Below, one piece after another: positions 1 to 9,890 of a stretch of 64,000 bases of DNA (positions are counted from its first letter, which is position 1; each line of letters starts with the position of its first letter). The notes beneath the pieces are model-generated. The model made no database searches. It worked only from the letters and a program-made list of their open reading frames with translations, and had not been told where the DNA came from. Where the stretch lies: NCBI GenBank assembly GCA_965199825.1, contig OZ241329.1, forward strand, positions 288,001-352,000, written 5' to 3'. A program made the position numbers and the translations under genes. The DNA is from Bdellovibrionales bacterium. Its GTDB lineage: Bacteria; Bdellovibrionota; Bdellovibrionia; Bdellovibrionales; UBA1609.

Positions 1-63
1 CATCTGACTGATCGCGAGCGAAATTTTTGTTGTCATTCGTCTGCGCTCTCAGGAACATAAGCC

Positions 64-1026
64 ATGAACTATTTAAGCCTTTTTCTCGTCTTAGGACTTG
101 TCCATTGCGCCCATAAACCAAGCTCAAAAACTCGTGACCAAAGTCCATTTCAATCCGCAGTCGATCAACGAAAGGTCCAAGACTTTTTAACCGCTGCTGC
201 AAAGGGAAATGTTGATGCAGTAAAAACTTATTTAGCTGCCGGTGGTACTGTGGATGCGGCAAACTCAGGCGGAACAACCGCATTGATGGTCGCCTCTCAC
301 CGCGGACACGAATCCATTTTAAATCTGTTGGTTGCAAACAAAGCGAACTTAAATTTAGAAGATCACGACAAATCCACAGCGCTTCATTATGCGCTCAGCG
401 GGGGCCATCCGGCTGCGGTAAAAATTTTGGTCACTGCTGGCGCCCCTCTGAACAAAAGCGATCGCTTTGGTTTAACACCCCTTCATCTCGCCGCCCGATT
501 TGCAGATCAATCCACTTGCCAACTGTTGATTGATAAGGGAGCCCAAATCACCGCAGACGAAGGATTCGGTTGGACACCTATTTTTTATACCATCGCTCGC
601 GGTAAGACCGAACTGCTCAATGTATTTTTGAACGCAGGCTCTAAAGTCGATGCGGTGGACTCCGAAGGATCAACCTTGCTGATCGTTGCGGTCGATTATC
701 ACCAACTCGAAATGGCCAATGCGCTTTTAAAAACTGGTAAGTTGAATGTCGATGCCGCCGACAAGCGAGGCGAGACCGCTTTATTTATGGCAGTCAAAGA
801 GCGCACCCAACCGATGGTGGAGTTGTTAATACAAAAAGGTGCAACACTCGATAAAGCACGAGTAGACGGGCGCACTCCCCTTTACCAAGCGATCGATCAT
901 CGCGATCAAAAAGTGGCACGCCTCCTTTTTAAAAAGGGCGCAAGTCTGACTCTCAAAGATCAAAATGGTTTAGACGGCAACGAGTATCTGCTAAAAAAAG
1001 ATTTAAAATTAAGTTGGCTCAAGTAA
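64..1026 (+). CDS. Exported (probable lipoprotein) ankyrin-repeat protein
   Basis: N-terminal hydrophobic signal ending LVHC; about 8 ankyrin repeats (GTTALMVAS, STALHYA, GLTPLHLAA, GWTPIFY, GETALFMA, GRTPLYQA). Confidence 0.9.
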   Translation: MNYLSLFLVLGLVHCAHKPSSKTRDQSPFQSAVDQRKVQDFLTAAAKGNVDAVKTYLAAGGTVDAANSGGTTALMVASHRGHESILNLLVANKANLNLEDHDKSTALHYALSGGHPAAVKILVTAGAPLNKSDRFGLTPLHLAARFADQSTCQLLIDKGAQITADEGFGWTPIFYTIARGKTELLNVFLNAGSKVDAVDSEGSTLLIVAVDYHQLEMANALLKTGKLNVDAADKRGETALFMAVKERTQPMVELLIQKGATLDKARVDGRTPLYQAIDHRDQKVARLLFKKGASLTLKDQNGLDGNEYLLKKDLKLSWLK

Positions 1027-2467
1027 ATCTTTGGCGAAGGTGATCAAGAAAATATTTTGGATTTAATTGTTCGCCAGTGGCATTAGCGATCAGTTGTTGA
1101 GCCGAATACCTCCGACCCTGACTCCAAATTTTTTGTTTTAAAGCGGCGCCGGTGTTTTGAAACCCCCCTGCCTCGAGTTCTTTTTTATCTAGAAGCCAGT
1201 GCGCCAATTGAGCGGCAATCATCGCCCCTATGGTGTAACTCGGAAAATATCCAAAGAGTCCCGCAGGCCAATGCACATCTTGCATCACTCCATCGCGATA
1301 ATTATTTGTGGTTGAAAGGTTGAGATAGCCTTTCATTTTTTGATCCCATTGATCGGGGAGGTCTTTGCACTCCAAATCTCCGCTAAACAGAGCTTGTTCC
1401 AGCTCGAACCGCAACAGGATATGAAAGGGATAGGTGACCTCATCTGCAGCCACACGAATAAACCCAGGTTTCACCCGTGTTGAAAGAGCATAAAGATTTT
1501 CGACATCTAAACCAGGTCCAGAAAAATGTTTTTGCAATAAGGGCGAAAGAAATTTGGCAAAGCTTTGACTGCGCCCGACCTGCATTTCAAAAAATAAACT
1601 TTGGCTTTCATGAATGCTCATCCCCATCGCATGGCCAAACCCAACAAATTGTTTGGGCAAATTTTGTTCGTACACACCATGACCGGTCTCATGAATGATG
1701 CCCATCAGACTCTCAGAGAAATCATCGGTTTTGTAGCGCGTGGTCATGCGAACATCTTGGCTGACCCCTCCGCAAAAAGGATGGAGCGACACATCGAGCC
1801 GGCCATGATTGAAATCAAAACCAAGAAACTTCATCACCTCAAGCCCAATTGTTTTTTGGGTCTCGATCGCAAAGGGGCCCTGCGGCGTTATAAATTGTTT
1901 TTGTTTGATTTGGGCTTGTTCTAAAATCTGTGGAAGCTCTTGTCTCAGTGGCTCAAACATTTTTTGATAGTATTCGGCACTCCCACCGGTATCCATCTGC
2001 TCGATCAAGGCATCATAAGGCGAACATGAAAGTTCCCGTGCTCGTTGACGAGCCTCTTCACGAGAAAGTTCGACGATCTTTTCTAGATAGGGCAAAAATT
2101 CATCCCAATTATTTTGTGCTCTTAGAGTGCGCCACGCCTGCTCACAACGAAATCGCTCGCGCGTTTGCAGAGCGGTTAGAGCAGGGTCTACCTGGTGCAC
2201 CCGCTTGATCTCACGTCCCATCTCGCGCAAATCAATTTTTTGATCTTCTTCGAGATTTTCAGATTGAGCCTCGGTAAAATGTTCGAGAAGTGCGGGATCA
2301 ATCAGAATCTGATTTTTTATTTTTACGATTTCGGTCAATGCTTCAGCCCGTGCGTCTCCCCCACCCTGCGGCATCATCGCAGCCTCATCCCACTGAAGAA
2401 TCGCCGCCGCATGATTAAGATTTTCGATTTGTTTAAATACCGATTCGAGATGTTTGTAGGATTTCAT
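1019..2467 (-). CDS. M32 family carboxypeptidase (Taq-like)
   Basis: Motifs HPFC, DVRMTTRY, HETGH (HEXXH), HESQS, IRVAADE, QDVHW and GYFPSY; start moved to MKSYKH at 2467. Confidence 0.95.
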   Translation of the reverse strand: MKSYKHLESVFKQIENLNHAAAILQWDEAAMMPQGGGDARAEALTEIVKIKNQILIDPALLEHFTEAQSENLEEDQKIDLREMGREIKRVHQVDPALTALQTRERFRCEQAWRTLRAQNNWDEFLPYLEKIVELSREEARQRARELSCSPYDALIEQMDTGGSAEYYQKMFEPLRQELPQILEQAQIKQKQFITPQGPFAIETQKTIGLEVMKFLGFDFNHGRLDVSLHPFCGGVSQDVRMTTRYKTDDFSESLMGIIHETGHGVYEQNLPKQFVGFGHAMGMSIHESQSLFFEMQVGRSQSFAKFLSPLLQKHFSGPGLDVENLYALSTRVKPGFIRVAADEVTYPFHILLRFELEQALFSGDLECKDLPDQWDQKMKGYLNLSTTNNYRDGVMQDVHWPAGLFGYFPSYTIGAMIAAQLAHWLLDKKELEAGGFQNTGAALKQKIWSQGRRYSAQQLIANATGEQLNPKYFLDHLRQRFT

Positions 2468-2530
2468 TTGCTGAGAATAGCATTTTGTTTGTGATTTGGT
2501 AGGTCTGGTGGCGGTGTGTTGGTTTGTTTG

Positions 2531-2545
2531 AATGACAGTGCCCCC
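2531..2545 (+). repeat. REP-like motif AATGACAGTGCCCC, copy 1
   Basis: Same motif occurs at 2888, 11854 and 11908; the last two lie directly upstream of the RAYT gene. Confidence 0.6.
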
Positions 2546-2887
2546 GAGGGTTGGTCGTAAAATGAATTCGTTGACTGTATAAATCAATGCCATTGAGTTG
2601 GCTTTATTTACCTGGGGTAGGCTAGGAAACCCATGACTTCAATCTATCTTTCTGAAAGTCTGAATTGCATTGGAGTGATGTTTAGCCCTTACCTGTCCAA
2701 CTGGATTTTTCCCTTCAAACATAAAAGGGATAAGCACATAAAGTATTCCTCGTACAAAGCACAATAATTTTATTCGTCATTCTTAGAAAAATCGGTCAGT
2801 CCTAAAGAAAATGGCATTCAAAAATTGTCTATGGTCCACTATCTCTTTGTAAAAGGAGTGAATCGCCGATTCAGTTTTGAAAGCGCT

Positions 2888-2902
2888 AATGACAGTGCCC
2901 CA
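2888..2902 (+). repeat. REP-like motif AATGACAGTGCCCCA, copy 2
   Basis: 14 bp identical to copy 1; intergenic. Confidence 0.6.
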
Positions 2903-3066
2903 CCATCTTCGAATGTAAACTGAGAGTTTTGAAGATAAAAAATCGAGAATGAACAAGAAGGTTTGATTTAAATAAAAGTGGTTACTAATTACTTATTTTT
3001 TAAAAGAAAACTTAATATACATTGTGTGCACAACCCATCCCTATCATTAAACTTAAGGAATTCTCC

Positions 3067-3738
3067 GTGGCTGAACTGTTATTAATCCTTCATGACTCTA
3101 AATCCTGTACGGGTACGACATGGGAATGGTGTACTCAAAGAGCAATTACAAAACAAATCGTACTTGCATCTCATCTCGCAAAGCACTCCAAAAACTTAAA
3201 CTTCAGAGGCGCGATTTTTTTTGGAGGGGACATGGAAACAAATCAGACAATTCGTTATCCATGGCTTTCGAAGGAAAAAAAATTTATTTCTAAATTGATA
3301 ACAAATAAAAAACACATTTTTGGTTTGTGCTTGGGTGCACAGTTAATCGCAGAACAGCTTCAAGGAAAAATCAATCATTCAAAAAAGTGGGAGCTTGGTT
3401 GGTACAATGTCGAACAATCTCACAAATCGGCGTCAGAAGATCTCTTAACACCTCTCCATTGGCATAGCTCAACATTTGACCTCCCCCCGGGATGTCATAA
3501 GCTTGCAGAGAATAAATTTTGGGCAGTTCAGGGATTTCACTTGGCAAATAAGGTTGTTGGCTACCAATTTCACGCAGAAATTAACCAAAGACGTCTTAAT
3601 CACGCAATTAAGGGATATCGAAAAGGTCTAAACGGTAGCGTACAGACAGCTGAAGAAATTCAATCAACTGCAGCACAATACATGGACATCTTAAAAAACT
3701 GGTATTTTTCGAAGCTCGATGAATGGTGGTATTCCTAA
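3067..3738 (+). CDS. Class I glutamine amidotransferase-like protein
   Basis: GLCLGAQ nucleophile elbow, WH and QFHAE motifs; GTG start after AAGGA. Confidence 0.88.
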   Translation: MAELLLILHDSKSCTGTTWEWCTQRAITKQIVLASHLAKHSKNLNFRGAIFFGGDMETNQTIRYPWLSKEKKFISKLITNKKHIFGLCLGAQLIAEQLQGKINHSKKWELGWYNVEQSHKSASEDLLTPLHWHSSTFDLPPGCHKLAENKFWAVQGFHLANKVVGYQFHAEINQRRLNHAIKGYRKGLNGSVQTAEEIQSTAAQYMDILKNWYFSKLDEWWYS

Positions 3739-4047
3739 ATACAAAAAGCTTCATCGTGGATTTTCTCAAAGGCATCAATTCAAGATGTATAATGTTTAGT
3801 CATGCGATCGTATGTAAGTCTGCAGCATAAGGTGTCCGAATCTTAAGCAATGGTTTCTGATTCGTAGGCGCAATCTTGAAAAACTCTATCGATTACATCA
3901 TCAAATGAAATGGGTTAAAGCATTATTTTTGAAGAATAAATTTTTTAGATGAGACTGTATATAGGCAAACTTAAAATAGAGAATACTTTGCGAACGAAGG
4001 TTGAAATTTTCATTATTTGTTTTGCCGTTGACCACATGGAGGACTAA

Positions 4048-4410
4048 TTGCGATTTAAATTTTCCTCGATTATTTTAGCAATTTTAATAACGGTCACGGC
4101 CTCTGCCGCAACTCAAATTGTCAGTAAAAATGAATCTAAAAAGAATGTAGAAATTAAGGCTTCTCCTAAAATACATGAAGTGGAAATCTGTGACGCTTAC
4201 CAAAGCTTGATGCAAGTTGAGAAATTAATTGGACGCGTACGAAACATTAATGAGCAGTCTGGTCCAACTCAAAGACCTGCTTTGTACAACCTCGAACAAT
4301 CGAAGATCAATCTTGAACAACAGCTTCGAGAAAATAAACAAAAATATATTGATGAATTTAAAAAAGATTTTGATGTCACAAACTGTAAAGCCAGCTCTTT
4401 GAAGATCTAG
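4048..4410 (+). CDS. Secreted hypothetical protein
   Basis: GGAGG RBS, TTG start, signal peptide ending ASA, coiled-coil-like body with two Cys. Confidence 0.7.
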   Translation: MRFKFSSIILAILITVTASAATQIVSKNESKKNVEIKASPKIHEVEICDAYQSLMQVEKLIGRVRNINEQSGPTQRPALYNLEQSKINLEQQLRENKQKYIDEFKKDFDVTNCKASSLKI

Positions 4411-4650
4411 GTTAGGGTAAAGGTTTGGCCTCTAATAAGCCAATCAGATAATTTAATTGGTAAACAATAAATTACTGTTGTGCCCGATTAGGTGCTTTCA
4501 AACAAACTGATGATTATCATTTTGATTTGTACTGATTGCTTTCGTTTTCAATCATCCGCATAGCGCAATCAGTATCACTGCTTATTGCTTATTAATTGCA
4601 GAACTACAAAATCCAACAGTATTGCCTTTGCTGATTTGGCAAAATCCGCA

Positions 4651-6660
4651 TCATTTCGATTTCATATTGCACGAACTTTTATTGGCCAAACAACTCAAAG
4701 CTTTTTGCGATTGAGCTGGCTGGCGGACTTGTGTTGCCACATTTGCTCTTTGGTTAATTTGATTCGGAACGTTTTGTAAATGGACTTGCGCCACTTGCTG
4801 AATGGGTTGCTGGATCTGATTTGTATTTAAGGCTGCGGGTGTAGCCTGACTCGTTTGTGCGGGCGCCGCTCCCTTTGCATCATTGTCATGAACGTGCAGA
4901 TAGCGCTCGATATCTGGAGGAAGTTTTCCTTTAAATACTTTTCCTGTTTTGATTTCAACGGGTAGTAGAGGCCGAATAGTTGAGGTCAATATCAGCTCGC
5001 GATCAGGTTCATCGCCTGGCTTCTCGTTCACCATTACAAATTCACCGTTATACCACTTGCGCATATACACTTTATGAAGTCGCTCAAAGATATTTTCTTC
5101 TTTGCTTCCAAGCTCGGGATGATTGAGATTGGAGACAGAAGCCACCGCACGTTTTGGATCTAGTCTGTGGCCTGGAAGATAATCTCTTAAGTCCACGGGT
5201 TTTCCATCTTTGTCGGTACTCATGAAATTACCACCGCCACCGGGACTTCCGTTAACGGGCACGCTACTGACTGTGTATCCGCCACCACCACTTGTGCCGT
5301 TAAGAACATCGGTGTTGTAACCTTGACCGCGACCTTGTCCACCGCGATCAGGCAATCCAAAGTTGGATCCGGCAGAAGCTCCACCCAAAAATTGACCTGA
5401 GTTTGCGGCCACACCTGGGTTGGTGGTCGGAGTCGCTGCACCACCTTGAATATTTTTGGCTGTGCCGTTGCCATCAAGTCCGGCGTTGGCGTTCACGTTT
5501 GCAGCACCAAGGCCCGCACCAAAGTTGGCTTTTGAAGAGAGCGATGACAGGGATCCGTCGCCCAAGCTTTGACCGTTGCTCACAGTTTGAGTTTTACAAA
5601 TGGGGTTGTTGGCATTTTGCGCCTGACCACAGTTGAGGCAGGCAGGATTTGCTTGATTGCTTGGTAAACTACAATCTACGTTAAACACCGCTTGTTTATC
5701 AAGATTTGAGTAGCCTGTGCTTGCTTTTGAAATGTTAGCGCAAAGGCTCGAGAGACTCCCGCCCACTGCACCTTGCATTGCTTGCTTCGACATTTGGGCG
5801 ACTTGTTCGTTGAGTTGTTGGCAACTGCCTGCAGTAGTTGAGGCATCACTCATCGATGTTGTCAGTTTTGCTTTATCATCGGGAGTAAGACCATCCATTT
5901 GATTTTTGTACTGACTTAATTCACACTTGTCCTGACACGAACTTTTCTCGCTATAACAAACACCAGCGAAAGTTGCGTTAGCTCCGGCGCTGCCGTAGCT
6001 GATGTCTTGCATGACATTACAAATTTGTTGAAGTTGTGCGGGATCGCCACCACTTGCACCAAGCATCAGTGTTCCACCGGCTGCAGCAAGCTGAGTAAGT
6101 CCTTGATATGCACTTTGCGCGTCACTTGAGCCAGTCATACAGGCGATAGGATTCGTGCAACAAGTTCTTGCACGTGCAGCTTGTTGGCGACACAAATTTA
6201 AGTCGTTTTGAGCTTGTGCAACGAGGGGACTGGGAGTCGCCGGAGTTGCTGCTGGTTGTTGTGTTTTGTTGGCCTGTTGGTTTGATTGTGATGTAGTCGG
6301 ATCGAATTTTAGGTCGTTTGATCCTGCTCCACCGAAAGAGCTTTCAACGGGTTCGGTATTAGACTTATTTCCCGGTGCTGGTGTTACTCGCCGCTGCGTT
6401 GTTGCCCTGCTTCGTGACGGGGTGTTGCTTCGAGTAGGATGGTAATCAGAATCTTCATCTGAAACGTTAGTACGCGGCTCCGGTCCTAGAGTTCGTTCCT
6501 GGTACGTCGAATTAGATATCGGGGGTATACTGATATTTACATTCGCTGGAGCTGCTGCTGGTTCCCCCGAAAAAGCACCGCCATCTTCAGCGAAGGTCTG
6601 GTGTAGTGGCAAGATTGTGCTGATAAAAAAAATAAACAGTATTCTTGCACAAAATGACAA
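4651..6660 (-). CDS. Large secreted low-complexity, Cys-rich hypothetical protein
   Basis: 669 codons; GGAG RBS; signal peptide; P/T/S/Q-rich linker, multi-Cys helical core, Gly-rich tract, Q-rich tail. Confidence 0.8.
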   Translation of the reverse strand: MSFCARILFIFFISTILPLHQTFAEDGGAFSGEPAAAPANVNISIPPISNSTYQERTLGPEPRTNVSDEDSDYHPTRSNTPSRSRATTQRRVTPAPGNKSNTEPVESSFGGAGSNDLKFDPTTSQSNQQANKTQQPAATPATPSPLVAQAQNDLNLCRQQAARARTCCTNPIACMTGSSDAQSAYQGLTQLAAAGGTLMLGASGGDPAQLQQICNVMQDISYGSAGANATFAGVCYSEKSSCQDKCELSQYKNQMDGLTPDDKAKLTTSMSDASTTAGSCQQLNEQVAQMSKQAMQGAVGGSLSSLCANISKASTGYSNLDKQAVFNVDCSLPSNQANPACLNCGQAQNANNPICKTQTVSNGQSLGDGSLSSLSSKANFGAGLGAANVNANAGLDGNGTAKNIQGGAATPTTNPGVAANSGQFLGGASAGSNFGLPDRGGQGRGQGYNTDVLNGTSGGGGYTVSSVPVNGSPGGGGNFMSTDKDGKPVDLRDYLPGHRLDPKRAVASVSNLNHPELGSKEENIFERLHKVYMRKWYNGEFVMVNEKPGDEPDRELILTSTIRPLLPVEIKTGKVFKGKLPPDIERYLHVHDNDAKGAAPAQTSQATPAALNTNQIQQPIQQVAQVHLQNVPNQINQRANVATQVRQPAQSQKALSCLANKSSCNMKSK

Positions 6661-6785
6661 GATTGCTCCCAGGTAAGAGTAATACTATTTAATCGGCTTA
6701 TTTTGATATGGACTTGACGAATTTCTCGGCTAAAGGCTTAACTCATTCAGCCCACGAATAGTGTTCAGATTTGATACGCTATTGA

Positions 6786-7796
6786 TTAATTTTTTGCGCT
6801 GATGTGCGCCCGCATTTGTTGGGTACAGGCTTTCAGAGTATCGATCATCCCTTGATGTATCTGGATTCCGGAATTGACTGAATTCGATCCTGACCCTTTA
6901 TGAATACCTAATAAGGTTGCTGAATTTCCGTAATCGCAAACCACTGCCCCCCCACTACAAGCCTTTGCTGTATCAACCTTATAGAAGAAATTAAAATTTT
7001 CGTAAGCTTCGTCCATTGTTCCATCACCGAAAAAAAGTCTGCGTCCCGTAATATTCCTATCAACCGCAGAATAATCAGAAAGAGTGCTTCGGTCTTGAGC
7101 GGTACCACACTCAAGACCAGGCGTGAGTGAACATGCCACATGTATCTTTGGACACTGTTTTACTATCCCAATGTCGACAGGTTGCAGTGGGATAGGAGTG
7201 GGTTTTTTATTACATTTAGATTTGTCCACGACCAAGAAAGCGTAATCATTTTTAACCTCAGACAAAGCTCCTGAAGATGTACAAACCGCGAGGACATTCT
7301 GATCTGTACTGCATCCTTCAACGTGAACCTTGAAAAGCGTGGGATCGATTTTCCCCGTCTCGGGATCTATAGTAATGCGCTTTCCATCTTTATCCCTTAA
7401 CCCATGCAAAGCGGTTAGCACCACCCTAGAATTCGAGGCCGAAACACCTGCATCTTCATTGAATATAAATTGACCTGTATCACCGCCTCTAGGCCCGCCT
7501 AAAGCAACTACTCCAGAATATAGCTGATCCTCTTTTGTAGTAGCTTTACGAATATGACACTCGTTTTGAGTGAGAAGACTAACATTTTGTCTTAGGGTAT
7601 CAGAGTTATTTTTTATCACCATATCAGCCTGCGAATTACCACAGCCTTTCTCACCTAGAACGTAATTTCCAATTTTGAAATCTTTGAGCAGAACATCATG
7701 CAACCCCACAATGGAAGAATTCATCGCAGAAGCAAAGACAGGGTTGGATAGTAAATATACAAAAAGATATATCATTCTTGAATGGTTCTTAGTCAT
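6786..7796 (-). CDS. Secreted trypsin-like serine protease
   Basis: Triad-like motifs LTALH, DYAFL and DTAKACSGGAV; signal peptide; AAGGAG RBS before MTKNH. Confidence 0.7.
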   Translation of the reverse strand: MTKNHSRMIYLFVYLLSNPVFASAMNSSIVGLHDVLLKDFKIGNYVLGEKGCGNSQADMVIKNNSDTLRQNVSLLTQNECHIRKATTKEDQLYSGVVALGGPRGGDTGQFIFNEDAGVSASNSRVVLTALHGLRDKDGKRITIDPETGKIDPTLFKVHVEGCSTDQNVLAVCTSSGALSEVKNDYAFLVVDKSKCNKKPTPIPLQPVDIGIVKQCPKIHVACSLTPGLECGTAQDRSTLSDYSAVDRNITGRRLFFGDGTMDEAYENFNFFYKVDTAKACSGGAVVCDYGNSATLLGIHKGSGSNSVNSGIQIHQGMIDTLKACTQQMRAHISAKN

Positions 7797-8049
7797 TGAT
7801 GACTCCTTAGCAAATAGAAAGCCAAAACACATGCGGCATATGCGACCGATGCTATGCTAATTACGTTCGTCTACCATATTATGCAAATTACCAAATGGGT
7901 AAATCAAAGAGACATCAAAACCTAAAAAATTTAGGCCAATAGTTCAAACTCACCATTCTGCCTATTATTAAATTAATGGCCTACCAACTCACCGACTCAT
8001 CCATTTGTTGCGGACTTGGACCTGGGCCCGATGGCTTTGATTTATTCTT

Positions 8050-8420
8050 TTGGAAAGTCTAAGTTGAATTTGAGATAATGGTTAGACCTTTACCACTTAC
8101 CTGGATTATTCCCTCAAAATATAGATGTGATAATTCTCTAGAACCTCTCTGAATTTCTCATGCACATCTTTAGGTATAATAAAATCTAAATACCCCAGTT
8201 CGTCTTTCATCGTTAGAAAGGCAGTAGATGGTCTTTGGAAAACTGGTTTTACACCAGCAAAAATAACGTTTTCACCTTTTCCTTTTTGTCGGATGTCCGT
8301 AGATCTCAACGGCGGAAGATTTTTATTTTCTTCCCGGATGCCAAGCATGATGTTTCCAATGAGAGAATAAGAAAGTGTTCGATAGTCTGAAACGCCCTCT
8401 TCGTTAATTTCGTAAAGATG
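8050..8420 (-). pseudogene. dnaE2: C-terminal remnant of error-prone DNA polymerase III alpha (DnaE2)
   Basis: The frame reads EEGVSDYRTLSYSLIGNIMLGIRE...FAGVKPVFQRPSTAFLTMKDELG, matching the DnaE2 pattern DY..GLSL..HPM / QRP.TA...T.EDE.G; no upstream polymerase domain; boundaries approximate. Confidence 0.7.
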
Positions 8421-8616
8421 GCAGGAACCCTATGCGAACAGTGTTATTGGCAAATACCCGTGAGCGGCATGAAACAGAGAAAATTAATTACTACGCTTCG
8501 AGATTCGATTCCGGTGAAAATGTACACACTCGAAATGTCTGCATTGCTGTTCAAATTTCTCGCCGGCGGTAAATGCTAAGTATCTAATACGAAAATTCTG
8601 TTCTCGGACGTAATTA

Positions 8617-8886
8617 TTAATGTTTAATACGAAAGTGCATTCGCAACATACTGACGACGTGATTTAATTCTTTTAGAGCCGGTTGATCCCAATCCATAGA
8701 ATCAATAATCATGCGGGACAATCTGTCTGAGCTTTGTTGCCGTTTTTCTTCTCGCATTTCAAGTAACTCGCTTTTGATCACGTTCAAGTCTCCAAAGAGC
8801 AGGCCGTCTTGCTTTCGTTTTTTGATGTCATTTTCAACTTGAGTAAGCGCTCGTTCAATCGCTACTTTGATTTCTGCGGGCAGCAC
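8617..8886 (-). CDS. Putative toxin immunity protein, paralog 3 (Tsi6-like size and helical pattern)
   Basis: Shares LP.EIK.AIE.AL, L..I..EL.EM and IIDS.(D/E)WDQP.L.EL with the ORFs starting at 9222 and 9785. Confidence 0.65.
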   Translation of the reverse strand: MLPAEIKVAIERALTQVENDIKKRKQDGLLFGDLNVIKSELLEMREEKRQQSSDRLSRMIIDSMDWDQPALKELNHVVSMLRMHFRIKH

Positions 8887-8909
8887 TATTTAATCCTTAT
8901 TTTTGAAAG

Positions 8910-9222
8910 TTAATCCGCCTGAAGTTTTAAATTGAAGGTTTTTAAAGATTCTCGTTTCGACTGATAATGTTTCCTAAGAATCTTCGTCGCATTGCTAAAC
9001 TCCTTTAGTACAGGGTCATCCCAGTCCACTGAATCAATTGATCATATGGCTCAGCTGTGCAGAAACACCTTTTCTCGTTCCGCTTAACATCTCTAAAAGT
9101 TCTGCTCTCATGTATACCAGAGAGCCGTTGGGTATATTTTCGATCGTGGTGTTTCCAATAGCTTTATTAATTTGAGATAGCACAAAATTAATTGCCGCAA
9201 TTATTTCATCTGGTAGCGTCAC
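8910..9222 (-). pseudogene. Putative immunity protein paralog 2, with a +1 frameshift
   Basis: Removing one A near 9038 turns HMIN* into HMIIDSVDWDDPVLKEFSNATKILRKH, which aligns with both paralogs. Confidence 0.7.
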
Positions 9223-9340
9223 TTCAACCTTTCAACAAATTTTAGGTGTTCAAAAAGCTTTCCCAATATTAGGTACTGTTTACCACTAACCGAATGACAA
9301 AAATTCGGAGTAGTTGTCCCCTCAATTGCTTCGCGTAAGA
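9219..9340 (-). pseudogene. Toxin C-terminal remnant (NADase-like) overlapping the start of immunity paralog 2
   Basis: Translates as EAIEGTTTPNFCHSVSGKQYLILGKLFEHLKFVERLK*; its TGA overlaps the GTG of the next gene. Confidence 0.55.
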
Positions 9341-9512
9341 TGATAATTTAATCTGAGCAAGTCCACTACACTTGCCTGAGCAGTTGCGGGTTATTAAAGT
9401 AAACCTCGTGACTGTAGCAATGAAAATAAACTTGCTTATGTCCCGCTTGATAATGCCAAAAAATAAATCAAATTTAGTCTGTGGATATTTCGATTTTTAT
9501 TTCGCATTTTCA

Positions 9513-9785
9513 TTAGGGTTTTAAATGAAAATGCGACCGTAACAATTCACGGACCTTATTTAGCTCTATCAAAGACGGCTGATCCCACTCTAGAGAATCG
9601 ATAATGATGTAACTCAATTGCGGGGAAACTTGTGTTCTTTTCTCATCACGCATCTCGACCAATTCAGCTCTGATTCTATTTAAAGCACCATAATTTTGAT
9701 TTTCGTTAACGTTTGCTTCGACATCTTTTTCAACCTCCAACAATGCTACTTCGATTGCGGTCTTGATTTTTTCGGGAAGCATCAC
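9513..9785 (-). CDS. Putative toxin immunity protein, paralog 1
   Basis: 90 aa, clearly paralogous to 8617-8886; translationally coupled (GTGA) to the upstream toxin remnant. Confidence 0.65.
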   Translation of the reverse strand: MMLPEKIKTAIEVALLEVEKDVEANVNENQNYGALNRIRAELVEMRDEKRTQVSPQLSYIIIDSLEWDQPSLIELNKVRELLRSHFHLKP

Positions 9786-9890
9786 TTCAACCTTTCAACA
9801 AAGTTAGATTCAGCGAGTTTGCCAAACATAAAAGATTTTTGCCCACCGCCATTATGCCCAAAGTTGGAATAGTCTCACCTTCAAACATTT
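9782..9890 (-). pseudogene. Toxin C-terminal remnant (NADase-like), frameshifted
   Basis: Translates as MFEGETIP/NFGHNGGGQKSFMFGKLAESNFVERLK*; the 21 bp at 9782-9802 are identical to 9219-9239. Confidence 0.55.

Noticed and set aside
9219..9802. 21 bp direct repeat as an att site or CRISPR repeat
   Set aside because: It encodes the conserved FVERLK*/start junction of duplicated toxin-immunity units; there are only two copies and no integrase.
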